Of a DNA stretch of 64,000 nucleotides, positions 42,461 to 55,964 are shown one piece after another. The stretch lies in the NCBI GenBank assembly GCA_049852185.1, contig CP187540.1; one strand, written 5' to 3'. The notes under the pieces are model-generated. The model was not told where the DNA came from. It ran no database searches and was given only the letters and a program-made list of their open reading frames with translations. Each line of letters begins with the position of its first letter. Position 1 is the stretch's first letter. This stretch comes from Methanocaldococcus sp. 28A. Lineage in GTDB: Archaea > AGJL01 > Methanococci > Methanococcales > Methanocaldococcaceae. Made by a program: the position numbers and the translations under genes.

Positions 42461-42957
42461 CCATTCTTTTCTAAATTTGTGAATCGCATTTAAATCCAAT
42501 CTTTTTTCATAATAGCCCTCAAAATGTGTATCTAATCGATAGGTAAAATTTTTTATAGTTTTTTTAAGTCATTGAATATATTTTTAACAAAAGATTTATA
42601 AATTTCTTTAAACATAGAATAGTCTGCCTTATTTATATATCGATAGTAAGAGTCTGCCGATGGATAATTTAGCTTGCTAATGGTCTCTAAATATGTATTA
42701 TATTATTCGACATCGCCTCTATAAATCCTCTTGTATAATCTTCAACTCGACAAATCCTTGGACAAATTTGAAGAACATTGTTTATGAATTCGTTAAATTC
42801 ATTATAATGATTTTATAGCCAACAATCTTATATCGTTCATTGTTCTATTCTACTTTTTTAGTAACTATTCAATATTATGAAATATTAACTTTTCTGTTTA
42901 TTTTATGATGTTCGGAGATACTGTATTCCAAATTCAACATATAAACTGCAAAAGTCC

Positions 42958-45900
42958 CTATTTAAAAAACCTATCTAAGGTTAATTGACTCCCTTCTTTC
43001 TTTAACTCATTTTTTGAAACACCTACAGCCTCCATAATTCTCAAAACTGGAGGCAAAATTTGGTTATCTATATAATAATTTACATCTACTTCATCAATAT
43101 CTACTTCTTCTGGAAGCTTTGCTCTCTCACTTATAGATTTAGCTCCTTTAACTATTATATAGCCAATAATGTCTCCAACTTTAATTCTCTTCCCTTCTCT
43201 CATCAATTTCTTAGCAATTTCAACATGAGGAGCAGTGGTTTTATACTCCTTAGGGTCTTTTGTTAGTTGAGTGTAAATTATTAAATCTTCTTTTTTTATT
43301 TTCTTCTCTCTTAAATCTTTAATAACATCTTGAATTATTTTTTTAGCTTTTTCTATACTACCTTCAACTAATAATGATTCTAAAACCTTTTTTTGAGTTA
43401 TCTTTGCTATGTTAGACCAATCCCTCCTAACAAATTCAAGACCTTTAACTGTAACTCTTCCATTTTCGTCAATTAAGGCATATCTTTTTTTAGTAACAAA
43501 GATACCTCTTTTAAAGTAGCCCTCAAATTCTAACTCCATAGTTCCAGGTAGTTTTGAGTTTATATATTCAACGAATTCCAGAGCTTTTTTTATTAACTCA
43601 TCTTTGCTAATTTTTTCTTTCCAAATTGCATAGAAGCCGTCTGTATCAACATAAATAACTTTAAATCCAAATTTTTCAGCTTCTTCAGTTGTTTGTTGGA
43701 TATATTTCCTACCTAAGTAAGTAACAACTTCTGCACATTCTCTACTGTAAAATCTTGCTCTTGGAAAAGCTAAGTAACCATAAACACTATTATGTGCATA
43801 TATATTATTAACTAAGAAGTTTTCGTATTTTTCAACGCTCAAATCATAGACATATCCTTTATAATCAAATTCTTCAACTTCTTTAACTTCATCAAGCATT
43901 AGGTCTTTAACTATTGGATAGTTTGGATTTAACGTTAATTTATAGCCTTTATTTTTAACTGGTGTGAATCTTGTTGGTATTCCAAATAAGCTAAACAATA
44001 ACATTAGCTGATGTAAATATTTTTCATCCTTAGCCATAAATGTTGTAGTCCCTTTATGAGAGTTTTTCTTTGCCTTTAAAAATCCTCTTAAGAAGCTTTT
44101 TATAATACTTTCTTCTGCTAAAAATATTTCTTCTGGAATATGCTTTTTCTCTTTATCCCCACATTTAAAGATATATTTTAGAACTAAATATACAATTTTA
44201 TTCTTCATTGTAACTTTATCTTTACCTATACTTCCCACACCAAATGTATTTCTAAATACCTCTGCAATTTCTTTTTGATACTCTGGTAATGATTTATATA
44301 TGGAAACTTCATAAACAGTCTCATCCTTCCTTTTAAATTTCTTTAATCTTCCTTTACTAACAAAGAATCCTAAAAATTTGGCTAAATTCTCATCCAATTT
44401 TATAATAGCATTTATCTTTCCACTAAATGCTCCTATCTCACAATCTTCAAACTCTTTATCTGGAATATATGGGATAAATTCCTTTACCTTCATATATTGT
44501 ATATTACAACTATTATCTCTAAATGAGCCATAATTTACAAATGTCTCAATGTATTTTTTGTAAATTTTGAATTTCTCCTCATCTAATATTTTCACATCTA
44601 TTTTATTTATTTTGGTGATAATATTATAATCTATTAACTCGAGATTTCTTAGATATTCAATACAGTCATCAAAGACAAGTTTTAATTTATTCATCTCAAT
44701 ATCTTCAAGAGTTTTCTTCAACCTAACTAAAAAATCTTTATTTTTATGCTTTGTTATGGTTAAATCTTTAATCTCCTCCTCATCAGCATTAATTAACCTT
44801 TTTGGAACATTTATAAGAATTTCCTTTTTATTAACAAATTTTAGCTTTCTTGGAACAAATATTAAATCACCAGGTTTTATTTCATCCCCCCTAACACATA
44901 CGGGCCTTCCTTTTTCATATTTGAATAAACTATGGTCTTCTGTTACTTTTATTGTTCTACCAGACCTTAGCTTTATTTTATAAGCTTTTCCAAAGTATGG
45001 ATGCCTAATTAACGCTTTAACTCTATTTATTGAGCATTTCTTAGTTTTTCTATTGAATGAATATGTTTTTATATCATTAACTTCTAAGATTTCGCTAAGT
45101 TTAATATGTTTAATCTTCTCTTTATGCTTTCTCATTAAATTATCTATATATTCTCCAATCTTTACGACTTTTACTCCATCATCTTCAATTATTGTTAAAT
45201 ATTCGTCAGGTAGAATGCTATTAGCTAAAATCTTTAATGATTTCTGTTCATAATCTAAAAGTTTATATTCTCCATAAGAATCTTCAATTTTTTCCAATTC
45301 TTTCATTTTTTTCTTAATGTTTATTCTTCTTTCAATTAAATTTCTTAAAGATTTAGGAATTAATCCTTCTTTCTTTTTACAAAACCAATGTCCTAAGATT
45401 TTTTCACTACTATCTTTACAACACTCACAATCTAAGGTTTCTGGGCTTATATTGTAGGAAATAATTATTGATGGATATAATGACCTAAAATCCATTGAGA
45501 TAATATCTTCAAACATCCCTTTTTCTGGTTCTTTGACATAACCTCCTTCGTAAGTTGTTAATAATCTTCTTTTATACTCTTCTTCATCTGGTTTATTAGG
45601 AATCATCATATTTTCTTTAAATGCATTTTTCATTAGTAGATATTCAACCATTTGCCCAGAAGTCATTCTTGTAATCTCAAATAGGGTTTGATTAACAATC
45701 CTTGAGAACATAGTTTCCAATGGGAAGAAATAATTTCCTGTTTTGTATGTGTATTTAGCATCTTGCAAGGAATATTCTATTAGAGTTTTATCATTATTTA
45801 TCCAATAATCTACAATCTTTGTGTGAGGGATTTTTAGCTTTTCAATTCCAAATAAATTATAGACAACATCTTCCAAAGTGTATTTTGTTAATTTTAACAA

Positions 45901-46755
45901 TCTTCTTGATATTGGATATAAATCAATATGAACTCTACCTGGAATGTAGCTTCTATATTCCATTCCTCCTCTTTTTATTTTCAATTCATCCCCCTCTCTC
46001 CCCAAATTAACATCTATTCCATATATCTTGGCTCTTGCCTTTAAATAAGGAAAATCAAAGTTATCTCCGTTGTATGTGTAGATTATATCATATTCTTTTA
46101 GAGTTTCAATGATTCTTTTAATTAAAATCTTCTCATTTTCAACCACTTCTATATTTGGATGGTCAAATTCTTTGTAAGTTATAACCTTCCCTCCATTTTC
46201 ATCCCAAAAGCTTGCCATTAAAATAGAGTCTCTTTCAGAATTAGGTTCAGTATCTCTATTATAAACTTCCATATCGAAAGCTACAGCTTTTAATTTAGGA
46301 ATTTCAATGCTTACAGGTTTTTTATTTTCAAAATCCCAATATGTCATTGGAATTATTTTATTGTCTATTAGATATCTCTTAGCAAAAGGAATGTCATGCT
46401 CATAAATCTCTTTAACAATCTCACAATTTTTAATTTTTCTAAGCTTTGGAACTTTTTGTGGATGTGTAGCTATAATTTTAATTACTTCCTTTTCCTTTCT
46501 GAGAATAGTTTTTTTAACAACTTCAAAATTTTCAACAAACTTTAGTAAATCATTTTTTAAAAGAAACTCTTTTATTATTTCAATATCTTCATCATCAACT
46601 TTATCTTTATTTAATTCAACGTAAAAATATGGATTAAAATCTCTATCTTTTAAAATAGAGTTAATTAAATAGAGATAAATAACTGCCTTATCATCAACAG
46701 TTTTATAGGTATTGTCTATCAAAGCATCAATTTTTATCTTATTTAATTTTCCCAT
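42958..46755 (-). CDS. polB: Family B DNA polymerase with one intein
   Basis: [39 protein letters not shown]. Confidence 0.97.
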   Translation of the reverse strand: MGKLNKIKIDALIDNTYKTVDDKAVIYLYLINSILKDRDFNPYFYVELNKDKVDDEDIEIIKEFLLKNDLLKFVENFEVVKKTILRKEKEVIKIIATHPQKVPKLRKIKNCEIVKEIYEHDIPFAKRYLIDNKIIPMTYWDFENKKPVSIEIPKLKAVAFDMEVYNRDTEPNSERDSILMASFWDENGGKVITYKEFDHPNIEVVENEKILIKRIIETLKEYDIIYTYNGDNFDFPYLKARAKIYGIDVNLGREGDELKIKRGGMEYRSYIPGRVHIDLYPISRRLLKLTKYTLEDVVYNLFGIEKLKIPHTKIVDYWINNDKTLIEYSLQDAKYTYKTGNYFFPLETMFSRIVNQTLFEITRMTSGQMVEYLLMKNAFKENMMIPNKPDEEEYKRRLLTTYEGGYVKEPEKGMFEDIISMDFRSLYPSIIISYNISPETLDCECCKDSSEKILGHWFCKKKEGLIPKSLRNLIERRINIKKKMKELEKIEDSYGEYKLLDYEQKSLKILANSILPDEYLTIIEDDGVKVVKIGEYIDNLMRKHKEKIKHIKLSEILEVNDIKTYSFNRKTKKCSINRVKALIRHPYFGKAYKIKLRSGRTIKVTEDHSLFKYEKGRPVCVRGDEIKPGDLIFVPRKLKFVNKKEILINVPKRLINADEEEIKDLTITKHKNKDFLVRLKKTLEDIEMNKLKLVFDDCIEYLRNLELIDYNIITKINKIDVKILDEEKFKIYKKYIETFVNYGSFRDNSCNIQYMKVKEFIPYIPDKEFEDCEIGAFSGKINAIIKLDENLAKFLGFFVSKGRLKKFKRKDETVYEVSIYKSLPEYQKEIAEVFRNTFGVGSIGKDKVTMKNKIVYLVLKYIFKCGDKEKKHIPEEIFLAEESIIKSFLRGFLKAKKNSHKGTTTFMAKDEKYLHQLMLLFSLFGIPTRFTPVKNKGYKLTLNPNYPIVKDLMLDEVKEVEEFDYKGYVYDLSVEKYENFLVNNIYAHNSVYGYLAFPRARFYSRECAEVVTYLGRKYIQQTTEEAEKFGFKVIYVDTDGFYAIWKEKISKDELIKKALEFVEYINSKLPGTMELEFEGYFKRGIFVTKKRYALIDENGRVTVKGLEFVRRDWSNIAKITQKKVLESLLVEGSIEKAKKIIQDVIKDLREKKIKKEDLIIYTQLTKDPKEYKTTAPHVEIAKKLMREGKRIKVGDIIGYIIVKGAKSISERAKLPEEVDIDEVDVNYYIDNQILPPVLRIMEAVGVSKNELKKEGSQLTLDRFFK
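43789..45219 (-). mobile_element. Intein (477 aa) at the KILAN/SxYG site of PolB
   Basis: Starts SILPDE, block B VTEDHSL, block F VYDLSV, ends HN followed by Ser+1. Confidence 0.95.
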
Positions 46756-48608
46756 ATCACTTCCCCACAATTTTGTGGTTTTTTAAATGGTAATTTAGCT
46801 TTTTTTAAGGCATCAATAAATTTTTTAACATCTTCATCATTAAGTCTATCTTTTCTAATTAAGAAGTCATAGTGTTCATTAGCTAATGGAATAAAAGCTA
46901 AATTATACTGTTCTGCAACCGTCTTTATTCCCAAACCAATATCTGCCTTTTTCATTGCTATGGCTGTAGCAACTGCTGAATGGGTTTTTGCCTCTATATT
47001 GTAACCTTTAATCTCTTTTGGATTAATTCTATTTTCTTTCAAAAATTTATCAAACAGTATTCTTGTTCCAGAGCCTTTATTTCTATTTATGAACTCTAAG
47101 TTATAAATATTTTCTACAATTTCCTCAATTGATTTAAAGTTTAATTCTTTCCTAAACATAAATCCTTGCTCTCTAATATAGCCTCTAACTAATACAGCAT
47201 CTTTAATTTTATATCTCTCTAAGAATGGGATATTATAAATGTTTGTCTTTTCATCCAACAAATGAATTCCAGCTATATCTGCTTCTCCTCTTTTTATCGC
47301 TAATAATCCTCCTAAAGAACCAACATTTATTGTCTTTGCCAATATTTTTGCCTCTTTTAGTATTATATCAACTCCAATACAATGACTGCCAATAATATTT
47401 AATCCAACTTTAACATCTCCAAATAGATGAACTTCAACTTCTTCATTTTCTAAAATCTCTTTATTTTCATCTATAATGATATATCCATCTGCCTCTGATA
47501 GTGAAGTTATTGCCCCACTTCCCTTAGTTATTGGATAAGCTGAATAGCCGTTTTTATGCTTAACTAAGATGACTGGCAAATATTCTACTCTCCCTTTTGC
47601 TGATATATATCTCTGTGGGAACTTTGCCTTTATAACATTTTTTTCATTCCCAAATAGAACATCAAATATTGTTAGGCATGATGTAGGATAACCAGGCAAT
47701 CCGACAATTAATTTATCTTTTATTTTTCCAATTATCGTTGGTTTTCCAGGCTTTATTTTTATTCCATGAACTAAAATTTCCCCTCCCAATTCTTTTATAG
47801 CTGTTTCAGTTAAATCCCCTACACCAGCAGAAGTTCCTCCACTTAATAAGACTATATCACATTTTAAAGCTTTTTTAATCTTTTCTTTTAAATCTTCTTT
47901 ATCATCTTTAGCAATTCCAAAAAATTCAAAATCATAGCCGAGATTTTTTATATATGAAGCTAATGTATATGTGTTTATATCATAGATTTTTCCGAACTCT
48001 AATGGCTTTTCTGGGCTTATAATCTCATTTCCTGTAGAGATGATTCCAAATTTTAGTTTTTTATAAACTTTAATCTTATTTTTTCCTATAGCTGCTAACA
48101 CTCCAATATCTCTTGGTGTTAATTTGGTATGTTTTCTTAAAATTAGCTCGCCAGCCATTATATCTGAGCCAGTGAATTGGATATTTTCCATAGGAGGAAC
48201 AGCTTTGTATATCTTAACCTTATCATCTTTTTTTTCAGTGTATTCAACCATTACTACAGCATTAGCTCCTTTTGGAATTATCGCACCAGTGGCTATCTCA
48301 ACGCATTCTCCATTATTTATTTTTAGGTCCTTAATCTCCCCAGCTTTTAAACTACCTATAACCTTTAACTCTATTGGATTGTCTTCATCTGCTTCATAAG
48401 TATCTTCTGCTTTAACAGCATATCCATCCATCTTTGCCCTATCATAAGGTGGAACGTCTATCTCTGAAAAAATATCTTCAGCCAAAACTCTTCCTAAGGC
48501 ATTGAATAAATCAACTTCTTCAGTTTCATTTTTTAATCTTTCTAAATGCTCATTTATTAAAGATTTCACTTCTTCAATGCCATGTAATGTTAAATATCTC
48601 ATAAACAT
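46743..48608 (-). CDS. moeA: MoeA fused to a periplasmic-binding-protein-like domain
   Basis: MDGYAV, STGNE, SGGTS, KPGKP, GLPGYP; C-terminal [10 protein letters not shown]. Confidence 0.92.
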   Translation of the reverse strand: MFMRYLTLHGIEEVKSLINEHLERLKNETEEVDLFNALGRVLAEDIFSEIDVPPYDRAKMDGYAVKAEDTYEADEDNPIELKVIGSLKAGEIKDLKINNGECVEIATGAIIPKGANAVVMVEYTEKKDDKVKIYKAVPPMENIQFTGSDIMAGELILRKHTKLTPRDIGVLAAIGKNKIKVYKKLKFGIISTGNEIISPEKPLEFGKIYDINTYTLASYIKNLGYDFEFFGIAKDDKEDLKEKIKKALKCDIVLLSGGTSAGVGDLTETAIKELGGEILVHGIKIKPGKPTIIGKIKDKLIVGLPGYPTSCLTIFDVLFGNEKNVIKAKFPQRYISAKGRVEYLPVILVKHKNGYSAYPITKGSGAITSLSEADGYIIIDENKEILENEEVEVHLFGDVKVGLNIIGSHCIGVDIILKEAKILAKTINVGSLGGLLAIKRGEADIAGIHLLDEKTNIYNIPFLERYKIKDAVLVRGYIREQGFMFRKELNFKSIEEIVENIYNLEFINRNKGSGTRILFDKFLKENRINPKEIKGYNIEAKTHSAVATAIAMKKADIGLGIKTVAEQYNLAFIPLANEHYDFLIRKDRLNDEDVKKFIDALKKAKLPFKKPQNCGEVIWEN

Positions 48609-49261
48609 CTCCTCTTCACTAAAAATCTCCCAGCTGATGAATGTTTAGGAAAAATCTCTAAACCTAAGCTTTTTAAGTAATTCTTTGTAAAGGTATTGTT
48701 TCCATGAATGAATATCTCTCCCAAGTCCTCTGGTGTGTTGATATCAACAGATATTAAAAATGAATCATAAATGTAATATTTTAAATTCCTCTTTTCTGCC
48801 TCTTCTAAGTGTTTTAAAAAGCTGAAACCTTCATATTTTATTTCAATTAAATTTTTAGATTTTAGATATAATAGATTAGTTCCTCCTCCTCTTGATGGAG
48901 CTATAATTATATCATAGCTATGAGAAAGTTTTAGGATATCTTCAATATGCTTTTTCTTAATTAATGGAATATCTGCTGGGATAATAATAACTTCATTATC
49001 TTTAATCTCATTAAATGCTTGTTTTATTGCATTGTTTAATCCTTTATATTTTTCTTTAATAATCTCTGCTTTTAATTCATTTTTAGCAAAATTTAGTATT
49101 TCTTCATCTCTACTAACAACAACTACATCCAAACCTTCTAAAGCTTTTCTAATATCCTTAAGCATATTTAATAATAAATATTTCCTCTCTTCATCACTTA
49201 AAAACTCTGATAATCTGGTTTTTAGTGAGTTTATTGGAGAGACTGGAATTATTACCTTCAT
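48599..49261 (-). CDS. cofC: 2-phospho-L-lactate guanylyltransferase
   Basis: [21 protein letters not shown]. Confidence 0.92.
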   Translation of the reverse strand: MKVIIPVSPINSLKTRLSEFLSDEERKYLLLNMLKDIRKALEGLDVVVVSRDEEILNFAKNELKAEIIKEKYKGLNNAIKQAFNEIKDNEVIIIPADIPLIKKKHIEDILKLSHSYDIIIAPSRGGGTNLLYLKSKNLIEIKYEGFSFLKHLEEAEKRNLKYYIYDSFLISVDINTPEDLGEIFIHGNNTFTKNYLKSLGLEIFPKHSSAGRFLVKRRCL

Positions 49262-49280
49262 TATCTCCCAATCTTATTAT

Positions 49281-49901
49281 TTATATAAACAATCTCGCAT
49301 ATTCAAAAGCCATTCTATCCCCAGCATCGCCATGTCCAGGATATATTTTATTTATATTTCTTTCATTAGCTATTCTTTCTAACAAATTTATTGAGTTTCT
49401 TAGTTCAATAACATTTCCTGTTGGTAAGTCCCATCTTCCAACTCCATAGGAAAAGATTGTGTCTCCAGTTATTAAACCATCTTTATAGATTATTGAGATA
49501 GAGCCATAAGTATGTCCTGGAGTTCTTATAACCTCTAAATCATAATTTTTTAGCTCTTCCTCAACTTCAGATAAAGGAATTATTTCTTTTGGAGGATTGA
49601 GTTTAGCTCCAAATAAGGAAGATACAGTAACTTCATCCCCATTTTTTAAATGCTTAACCTCTTTATCCTCAATTATTGTTGGACAGTTAAAATGTTCCTC
49701 AATCAAACAATCTGCTGATGAATGGTCAAAATGGCAATGGGTATTTATTATTAAGTCAATATTTTTTATATTGTTTTTTTCTAACTCTTCCATTAATATA
49801 TTGAATGTTCCTGAAATGCCAGGGTCTATTAGGATATTTTTCTTTCCAATTATTAGGTAAGAGTTTGAGCTATACCCATATCCATTAAGCTTTAAAATCA
49901 C
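49281..49901 (-). CDS. Metallo-beta-lactamase fold hydrolase
   Basis: THCHFDH, PGHT, TGD, PGHG. Confidence 0.9.
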   Translation of the reverse strand: MILKLNGYGYSSNSYLIIGKKNILIDPGISGTFNILMEELEKNNIKNIDLIINTHCHFDHSSADCLIEEHFNCPTIIEDKEVKHLKNGDEVTVSSLFGAKLNPPKEIIPLSEVEEELKNYDLEVIRTPGHTYGSISIIYKDGLITGDTIFSYGVGRWDLPTGNVIELRNSINLLERIANERNINKIYPGHGDAGDRMAFEYARLFI

Positions 49902-50254
49902 TTTTCCACCAATTTTTTCCTGATTTTAATTAGAATATATAAAGCCTCTCCAATGTCTTTAATTCTATTAATCTCATTTTCCTCTTTTAATTTATTTAAT
50001 AAATAATTTATTTTTTCAGAGATTATTTTATTAATATTGTTCTCGTTTATTTCTATTTTTAAATATGTATTTTCTTCAATTTTTTCAGATTTTTTAGTTT
50101 CCTCTACTTCTTCATTTCTTAATTTTTCACATATAACACAGTATATTTTCCCATCTTTTTCTAATAAAGGATAACCACACTTTGGACAATGTTTTGATAG
50201 CATCTTTGCTCCTCTTAATATTTCATTTGATATTAATTTTATATTTTCATCCAT
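49898..50254 (-). CDS. UPF0148 / autoantigen-p27-like Zn-ribbon protein
   Basis: GAKML..HCPKCG.PL, YCVIC. Confidence 0.85.
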   Translation of the reverse strand: MDENIKLISNEILRGAKMLSKHCPKCGYPLLEKDGKIYCVICEKLRNEEVEETKKSEKIEENTYLKIEINENNINKIISEKINYLLNKLKEENEINRIKDIGEALYILIKIRKKLVEK

Positions 50255-50271
50255 AATTCATCCCATTAATA

Positions 50272-52325
50272 TTAATTTTTTATAACTTCTATATTTTTGC
50301 AAATATCTAAAATTTTATCCTTAGTTAATTCATCTATTTTATAATATTTAAATCCAAATCTATCCGCAATTTCTTTTCCAATTCCAATCTTTATAAATGA
50401 TTGTGGCTCTGTATCAATTAATATAACATTAATTCCTTTCTCAGATATTTTCTCACACGCATCGAAAACCTCTTTAATATAATCTTTTTTAACAGCCACA
50501 TTAGGCTTGAAATCACTAATTACAATCATTATTGGGATTATATTTGGATTTTTTCTAAGTTCTCTATCAAAGACATCATAGCTTTTAATAAATGCATCAG
50601 CCAAAGGAGTTTTTCCACCAGTTGGCAAATCTTTTAACATTTTCTCTCCAAGCTCTACTGAAGATGTAAATGGCAAAATAACTTCTGCTTTATCTTTTCT
50701 AAATGCAATCATCCCTATCTTATTCCTCTTTTGATAAGCATCTAAAAGTAGAGATATTATAGCCCCCTTAGCAGCTTCCATTCTTCTCATAGCACCCATC
50801 GAACCACTCGCATCAACAACAAATAATATATGGGATGATATTTTCCTCTGTCTTACCTTTTCTACAATATCATCCTTTTCTAAATAAATGGCTAATTTTT
50901 TATTAGCCTTCTTTTTTCTCTCTTTTTGTTTTATAGCTGCCCTTCTAAATGTTGCATCAAAAGCAATATCAGCAGTTTTATCTTTTGGGAGCCTAAATTT
51001 AATGTATCTACCTCTCTTGCTATAACTCTTAATATGCCTTCCAGAGCCATATCTATGGATATTATCTCTAATTTTAAATTGTATTAGTTTTGGGTTAATT
51101 TTGATATTATTATCTACACCAAAGGTCTTTTCAAAGTCATCTTGATTGGATTCATCTTTATTCTCATTTTCATCATTATTATTTTTTTGATTATTATTTA
51201 AATTAGTTTCTTCATCAGTCTCATTCTTTATTTCATCATGTTTTTTTTTACGTCATCATTTTTATGTTTCTTTTTTTCTTCTTCATTATTATTTTTTTGC
51301 TCTTTGAATTCATTAATCATTTGCTCCAATTTTTCTTTATTTAATTGTGGAGGTTCAAATGGTTTTCTTCTCATTCTGTGTGGTAGGGCTAATTCCATAG
51401 CCTCTTTAACATCATCTAAAGTTACTTTTGTTCTTCCATTGTAAGCTGCTAAAGCTTTAGCAGTCCTAACAACAGTTATATCAGCCCTATTTGTTTGAAT
51501 TCCTAATTCAATACAAACTTTTGATATAAATTCTAAGAGTTCATCACTTATCTCAACATCTTTTAAAATTTCTCTTGCTTTAATTATTTTTTCTCTCAAT
51601 TTTTTCTGTTCGTCTTCGAATTTTTTATAAAATTCTTCTGGATTGTTGTTGAACTCTTCAACTCTTTTTATAACTTCTACTCTATCTTTAATATTGTTTA
51701 ATCCTTCAACATCAACCATTAAACCAAATCTATCTAAGATTTGAGGTCTTAACTCTCCCTCTTCTGGATTCATAGTTCCCACTAATATAAATCTTGAAGG
51801 ATGCTTTACCTTAACCCCTTCTCTCTCAATAATATTCCAACCCATTGCTGCAGCATCTAACAACACATCAATTATATGGTCATCCAATAAATTAACTTCA
51901 TCAATGTATAGGATGTTTCTATTTGCCTCTGCTAAAATTCCTGGTTCTAATGCTTTAATACCTTCTTTTATTGCTTTCTCTATATCTAATGTTCCAATAA
52001 CTCTATCTTCAGTAGCACCTATTGGAAGATTAACAACCTTCATTTTCTTTTTTGTTATTTTTAGCTCTCCACGCTCTTTCTTTTCTTTACATATATCGCA
52101 CAACTCTCCTTTTGGGTCGCAGTTGAATGGACAACCTTCAACAACTTCAATTTCTGGTAATAAGTCTGCTAAAGCTCTAACTGCAGTAGATTTTGCTGTC
52201 CCCTTCTCTCCTCTAATTAAAACTCCTCCAATCTTTGGATTTATTGCATTTAAAATTAAAGCTTTCTTCATCTTTTCCTGTCCAACAATTGCAGTGAATG
52301 GATAAATATATTGCATAATTATCAC
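50272..52325 (-). CDS. chlD: ChlD-like chelatase subunit (AAA+, acidic linker, VWA) made by -1 frameshift
   Basis: -1 frame open from ~51249 to 50272 with no start codon before the MIDAS DASGS; A9 run at 51241-51249. Confidence 0.85.
51228..52325 (-). CDS. chlI: ChlI-like chelatase ATPase subunit (zero-frame product)
   Basis: [35 protein letters not shown]. Confidence 0.92.
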   Translation of the reverse strand: MIIMQYIYPFTAIVGQEKMKKALILNAINPKIGGVLIRGEKGTAKSTAVRALADLLPEIEVVEGCPFNCDPKGELCDICKEKKERGELKITKKKMKVVNLPIGATEDRVIGTLDIEKAIKEGIKALEPGILAEANRNILYIDEVNLLDDHIIDVLLDAAAMGWNIIEREGVKVKHPSRFILVGTMNPEEGELRPQILDRFGLMVDVEGLNNIKDRVEVIKRVEEFNNNPEEFYKKFEDEQKKLREKIIKAREILKDVEISDELLEFISKVCIELGIQTNRADITVVRTAKALAAYNGRTKVTLDDVKEAMELALPHRMRRKPFEPPQLNKEKLEQMINEFKEQKNNNEEEKKKHKNDDVKKNMMK

Positions 52326-52457
52326 ACATTTTAATACTAATTTTTGATTTTTATGATATAGATAATACTTTTTATATTATTTTAGGTAGTTGGTATAACA
52401 TATATTTAAATGTTGCTGAAATAAAGTTAATTTTAATAGGTTTTAAATGTGGTAAAT

Positions 52458-53177
52458 ATGATAGCTATAATTAGTGATATACACTCCAACTTAGAGGCAT
52501 TGAAGGCAGTTTTAGAAGATATAAAAAATAGAGGGATTAAAAAAATTGTTTGTTTAGGAGATATTGTTGGTTATGGAGCCAATCCAAATGAATGCATAGA
52601 ATTAATAAAAGAGTATAACTGCATAAGTGTAGTAGGAAACCATGATTATGGCGTTTTAGGGAAAGAAAGCTTAGATTATTTCAACACATATGGAGTCATA
52701 GCAATACTATGGACTAAAAAAATTATTAAAGATGAAAATTTAAAATTTTTAGATTCTTTGCCATTGGTTATTGAAGAAAAGATAAAGAATAAAAAGGTTA
52801 TATTTTCTCATGCAAATCCTAAGTATCCAGAGATTTGGGAATATCTATTTCCAGATTATGTTGATGATGTATTTGATTGTGGAGATTTAATATTTGTTGG
52901 ACATTCTCACATTCCATTTGTAAATTCTGAAGAAGGGAATTTATTGGTTCATGAAGGCTATATAAAATTAGATGAAAATAAAAGATATCTAATAAACCCT
53001 GGAAGTGTAGGACAACCAAGGGATGGAATAAATAAAGCAAGCTATTGCGTATTTGATGAAAAAGATTTCAAAATAGGGATTGTTAGAGTTGAATATAACA
53101 TTAGAAAAGCTTATGAAAAAATTTTAAAGAATGGATTACCAGAATGGCTTGGAGAGAGGTTATTTTTAGGAAAATAG
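52458..53177 (+). CDS. Metallophosphoesterase
   Basis: SDIHSN, GDIVG, GNHD, GHSH, NPGSVGQPRD. Confidence 0.92.
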   Translation: MIAIISDIHSNLEALKAVLEDIKNRGIKKIVCLGDIVGYGANPNECIELIKEYNCISVVGNHDYGVLGKESLDYFNTYGVIAILWTKKIIKDENLKFLDSLPLVIEEKIKNKKVIFSHANPKYPEIWEYLFPDYVDDVFDCGDLIFVGHSHIPFVNSEEGNLLVHEGYIKLDENKRYLINPGSVGQPRDGINKASYCVFDEKDFKIGIVRVEYNIRKAYEKILKNGLPEWLGERLFLGK

Positions 53178-53187
53178 TTGAAAATAG

Positions 53188-53349
53188 TTAGAAGAATCTT
53201 CCATAAGTTAAAATTACCTCAATAACAATAAATGCAACAGTAACTCCAATAACATGCTCTGGTTTAACTTTAACTTTTGAAAAAGACTCATCCATATATC
53301 TTATTAAACCTGCACTTGTTGCCAACCCAGTTTCCTCCCTTTTGCTCAT
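53188..53349 (-). CDS. secG: Preprotein translocase subunit SecG/Sec61-beta (53 aa, not in ORF track)
   Basis: [53 protein letters not shown]; TAATG overlap with coaBC. Confidence 0.93.
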   Translation of the reverse strand: MSKREETGLATSAGLIRYMDESFSKVKVKPEHVIGVTVAFIVIEVILTYGRFF

Positions 53350-54542
53350 TATTTCACCAATTTTTTAACTTTTTCCACAATCTTTTCAGCAATTTCTTTC
53401 TTAGAGCCAGAGATTTTCTCAATTTCAGATTTTGTTATAATATAAACTTCACTATAATCATCACCAAAGTAATGCTTACTTAAATCATTGGCTATAATCA
53501 TATTTAAATTGTATTTATCTAATCTCTCCTTAGCCTTATTTATAAGCTCATCCTCATTTAAGTTGTATTCTGCTTTAAAACCAATAATTATTTTATCTTT
53601 ATAAATTTTCCTTAATTCTTCTAAAACCTTTGGATTTCTCTTTAACTTTAATGTTATCTCTTCTTCAGAACTCAACTTTCCCTCAAATGATTCAACAGTA
53701 AAATCAGAGATGGCTGCTGATGAGATGAGGATATCAAAGTCCTTAGCTAACTCTATAGCTTTATTTAGCATTTCTTTTGCAGTTAAAACCTTATGATTCT
53801 TTATGTAATATGGAGGTTCTAAACCCATAGCTGTTATAACCTCAACATAAAATCCTTCTCTGCAGAATGCTTCAGCTAAAGCAACGCCCATTTTTCCAGA
53901 AGATAAATTAGATATGACTCTAACTTTATCAATAAACTCAACAGTCCCCCCATTTAATATTAAAACTCTATTTCTTTCTTTTTTTAAATTATTACCAATT
54001 ATTTCAATAACTGATTTAACAACATCCTCTATACTTGCAATTTTTGCTTTTTCTTCTTCAAACTTTGGAGATATAATATATACATTATCTTTTTCTTTAA
54101 GCTCATCTATATGCCTTTTAATAGCATTGAACATATTTTCATGCATTGCTGGGACAATAAATATTGGCTTTTTTCCAATAAACATTAAAGCGGTAGTATT
54201 TACAATATTATCTGCAATTCCTAAATTTATTTTTGAGATTATGTTGGCAGTTGCTGGATATATTAAAAGGCAATCGCATTCATTGTATAGTAGGATATGT
54301 TCTATATCCCCGGTTATTTCCTCATAAACCTCATTCCCACAACCAAATTTTAAAGCCTCTTTACCAATGATTTTTTTAGTTTCTTCTGTGATGATGCAAT
54401 AAATCTCTGCTCCATGCCTTATTAATTCTCTCATCAACTTTGGAGTTTCTATGGCTGCTATTGATGAAGTTACAGCAACTAATATCTTTTTCCCTTCTAA
54501 AAGCTTTGATTTACTTCCGTTTAATAACTTAGTAGGATGCAT
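53349..54542 (-). CDS. coaBC: Phosphopantothenoylcysteine decarboxylase/ligase
   Basis: [29 protein letters not shown]. Confidence 0.94.
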   Translation of the reverse strand: MHPTKLLNGSKSKLLEGKKILVAVTSSIAAIETPKLMRELIRHGAEIYCIITEETKKIIGKEALKFGCGNEVYEEITGDIEHILLYNECDCLLIYPATANIISKINLGIADNIVNTTALMFIGKKPIFIVPAMHENMFNAIKRHIDELKEKDNVYIISPKFEEEKAKIASIEDVVKSVIEIIGNNLKKERNRVLILNGGTVEFIDKVRVISNLSSGKMGVALAEAFCREGFYVEVITAMGLEPPYYIKNHKVLTAKEMLNKAIELAKDFDILISSAAISDFTVESFEGKLSSEEEITLKLKRNPKVLEELRKIYKDKIIIGFKAEYNLNEDELINKAKERLDKYNLNMIIANDLSKHYFGDDYSEVYIITKSEIEKISGSKKEIAEKIVEKVKKLVK

Positions 54543-54549
54543 TATCTCA

Positions 54550-54735
54550 CTATTTTAAATCTCTATTTAAATCTATAATCATTTTACATTTTGGACAAAT
54601 AACTCTTTCTCCAACACATTTAAATTCATAAGAACAATTTGGGCATCTAATATTTTTTATAAAATCATCTAAGCTATCTAAATTAATAACTGTAAATTTT
54701 TCTATCTCTTCCATGTTCTCCCAATTAAGTCCCAA
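54550..54735 (-). CDS. Small Zn-ribbon protein
   Basis: CPNC..CPKC; start probably MEEIE. Confidence 0.7.
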   Translation of the reverse strand: MGLNWENMEEIEKFTVINLDSLDDFIKNIRCPNCSYEFKCVGERVICPKCKMIIDLNRDLK

Positions 54736-55528
54736 CTTTTACTGGCTCAGCTAAATCTCTAATTAATCTAACAGCTGAATAAGCCGCTAATGCTGAAGTT
54801 CTTGGATTTTCTTCAAATGGAACATTTTCAATACTAACCTTTAATGTCCCTATCGAGCTTTTAACAAATATTTCATGTTTATTTAGCTTTGCATTTGGGT
54901 CTGCGACAATAACAACTTTTGCTGGAAATTCCGCTGCTATTGATAAAGTTACTGAAACATTTATGTTCATTGGAAATTCTTTTATTGCTTCAAAAACATC
55001 TCCTTCAAATACAACAACAGGATTTTTTATATCATTTAGCTTATAACCAAGATTTTTTAAAGCATCTTCTAAGGCATTAACTGGTTTTGTTGTTTTTAAA
55101 ATTACTTTCTCTATTTTACCTAATCTCATAGCTTTTATAGCATCTAATCCACCAATAGCTCCAGATGGAAGATAAATTTTTTTCCCTATATTTTTAGCTA
55201 AATTTTGAAGTTTTAAAAATAATTCTTTATCTGCCAAAGCACCAACGCTCATTATTAAAACATCTTTGTTATTTTTTAAAGATTTTTCAGCAACTTCTTC
55301 AACTGCTTTTATTGAAGCACATTCAATAACCAAATCTAAATCTTCTTTAACTAATTCATCAATACTTTTACATATTTTAGCCCCAGTCAATTCTGAAAGT
55401 GTTTTTGCCTTATCCAAATTTCTATCATATATGGCAACTACCTTAGTATTTTTTATAGTTCCATCAACAACTTTTTTTGAAATAAAACTGCCAATAGCTC
55501 CACAACCAACAATACCAATTTTAAACAT
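54725..55528 (-). CDS. nadX: L-aspartate dehydrogenase
   Basis: [26 protein letters not shown]. Confidence 0.92.
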   Translation of the reverse strand: MFKIGIVGCGAIGSFISKKVVDGTIKNTKVVAIYDRNLDKAKTLSELTGAKICKSIDELVKEDLDLVIECASIKAVEEVAEKSLKNNKDVLIMSVGALADKELFLKLQNLAKNIGKKIYLPSGAIGGLDAIKAMRLGKIEKVILKTTKPVNALEDALKNLGYKLNDIKNPVVVFEGDVFEAIKEFPMNINVSVTLSIAAEFPAKVVIVADPNAKLNKHEIFVKSSIGTLKVSIENVPFEENPRTSALAAYSAVRLIRDLAEPVKVGT

Positions 55529-55615
55529 TTTCTGTTCACCTCATAAAAATAGAAACCAATAAAATAAAATCTCATAATGATAAATATTTAAAAATTTTCT
55601 TTAATAAAATAAATT

Positions 55616-55897
55616 TTATTTTTTCTTTAGAAATCCATAGCCAGGATCTGCAGGTGGTTTAACCAATATTATATTCCCAATTGCAGTAATTAAATTATAT
55701 GGTAAAACAACTTTCTTATTAGGGTCGGTAACATATTCCCTTAAACATCCATTTTGAATGTCCGTTACAATTAAGCCACTAATAACCCCTTTATTTAAAT
55801 CGAGCATCACGTCATAAACCTTACCAACATATATTGCAGTTGTTGTGTATATTGGTTTATCTAATATATCACTGACTCTAATTGCCATACCATCCAC
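55616..55897 (-). CDS. PRC-barrel domain protein
   Basis: [17 protein letters not shown]. Confidence 0.85.
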   Translation of the reverse strand: MDGMAIRVSDILDKPIYTTTAIYVGKVYDVMLDLNKGVISGLIVTDIQNGCLREYVTDPNKKVVLPYNLITAIGNIILVKPPADPGYGFLKKK

Positions 55898-55964
55898 CTA
55901 ACTTTTTATAATCCTTAAACTTAAAAAAATTCTATTTAACTAATCTTTATTTATATATTTTTGT

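Noticed and set aside
50272-50799. Standalone 175-aa VWA gene
   Set aside because: Its ATG falls just after the DASGS MIDAS motif; it is the tail of the frameshifted chlD
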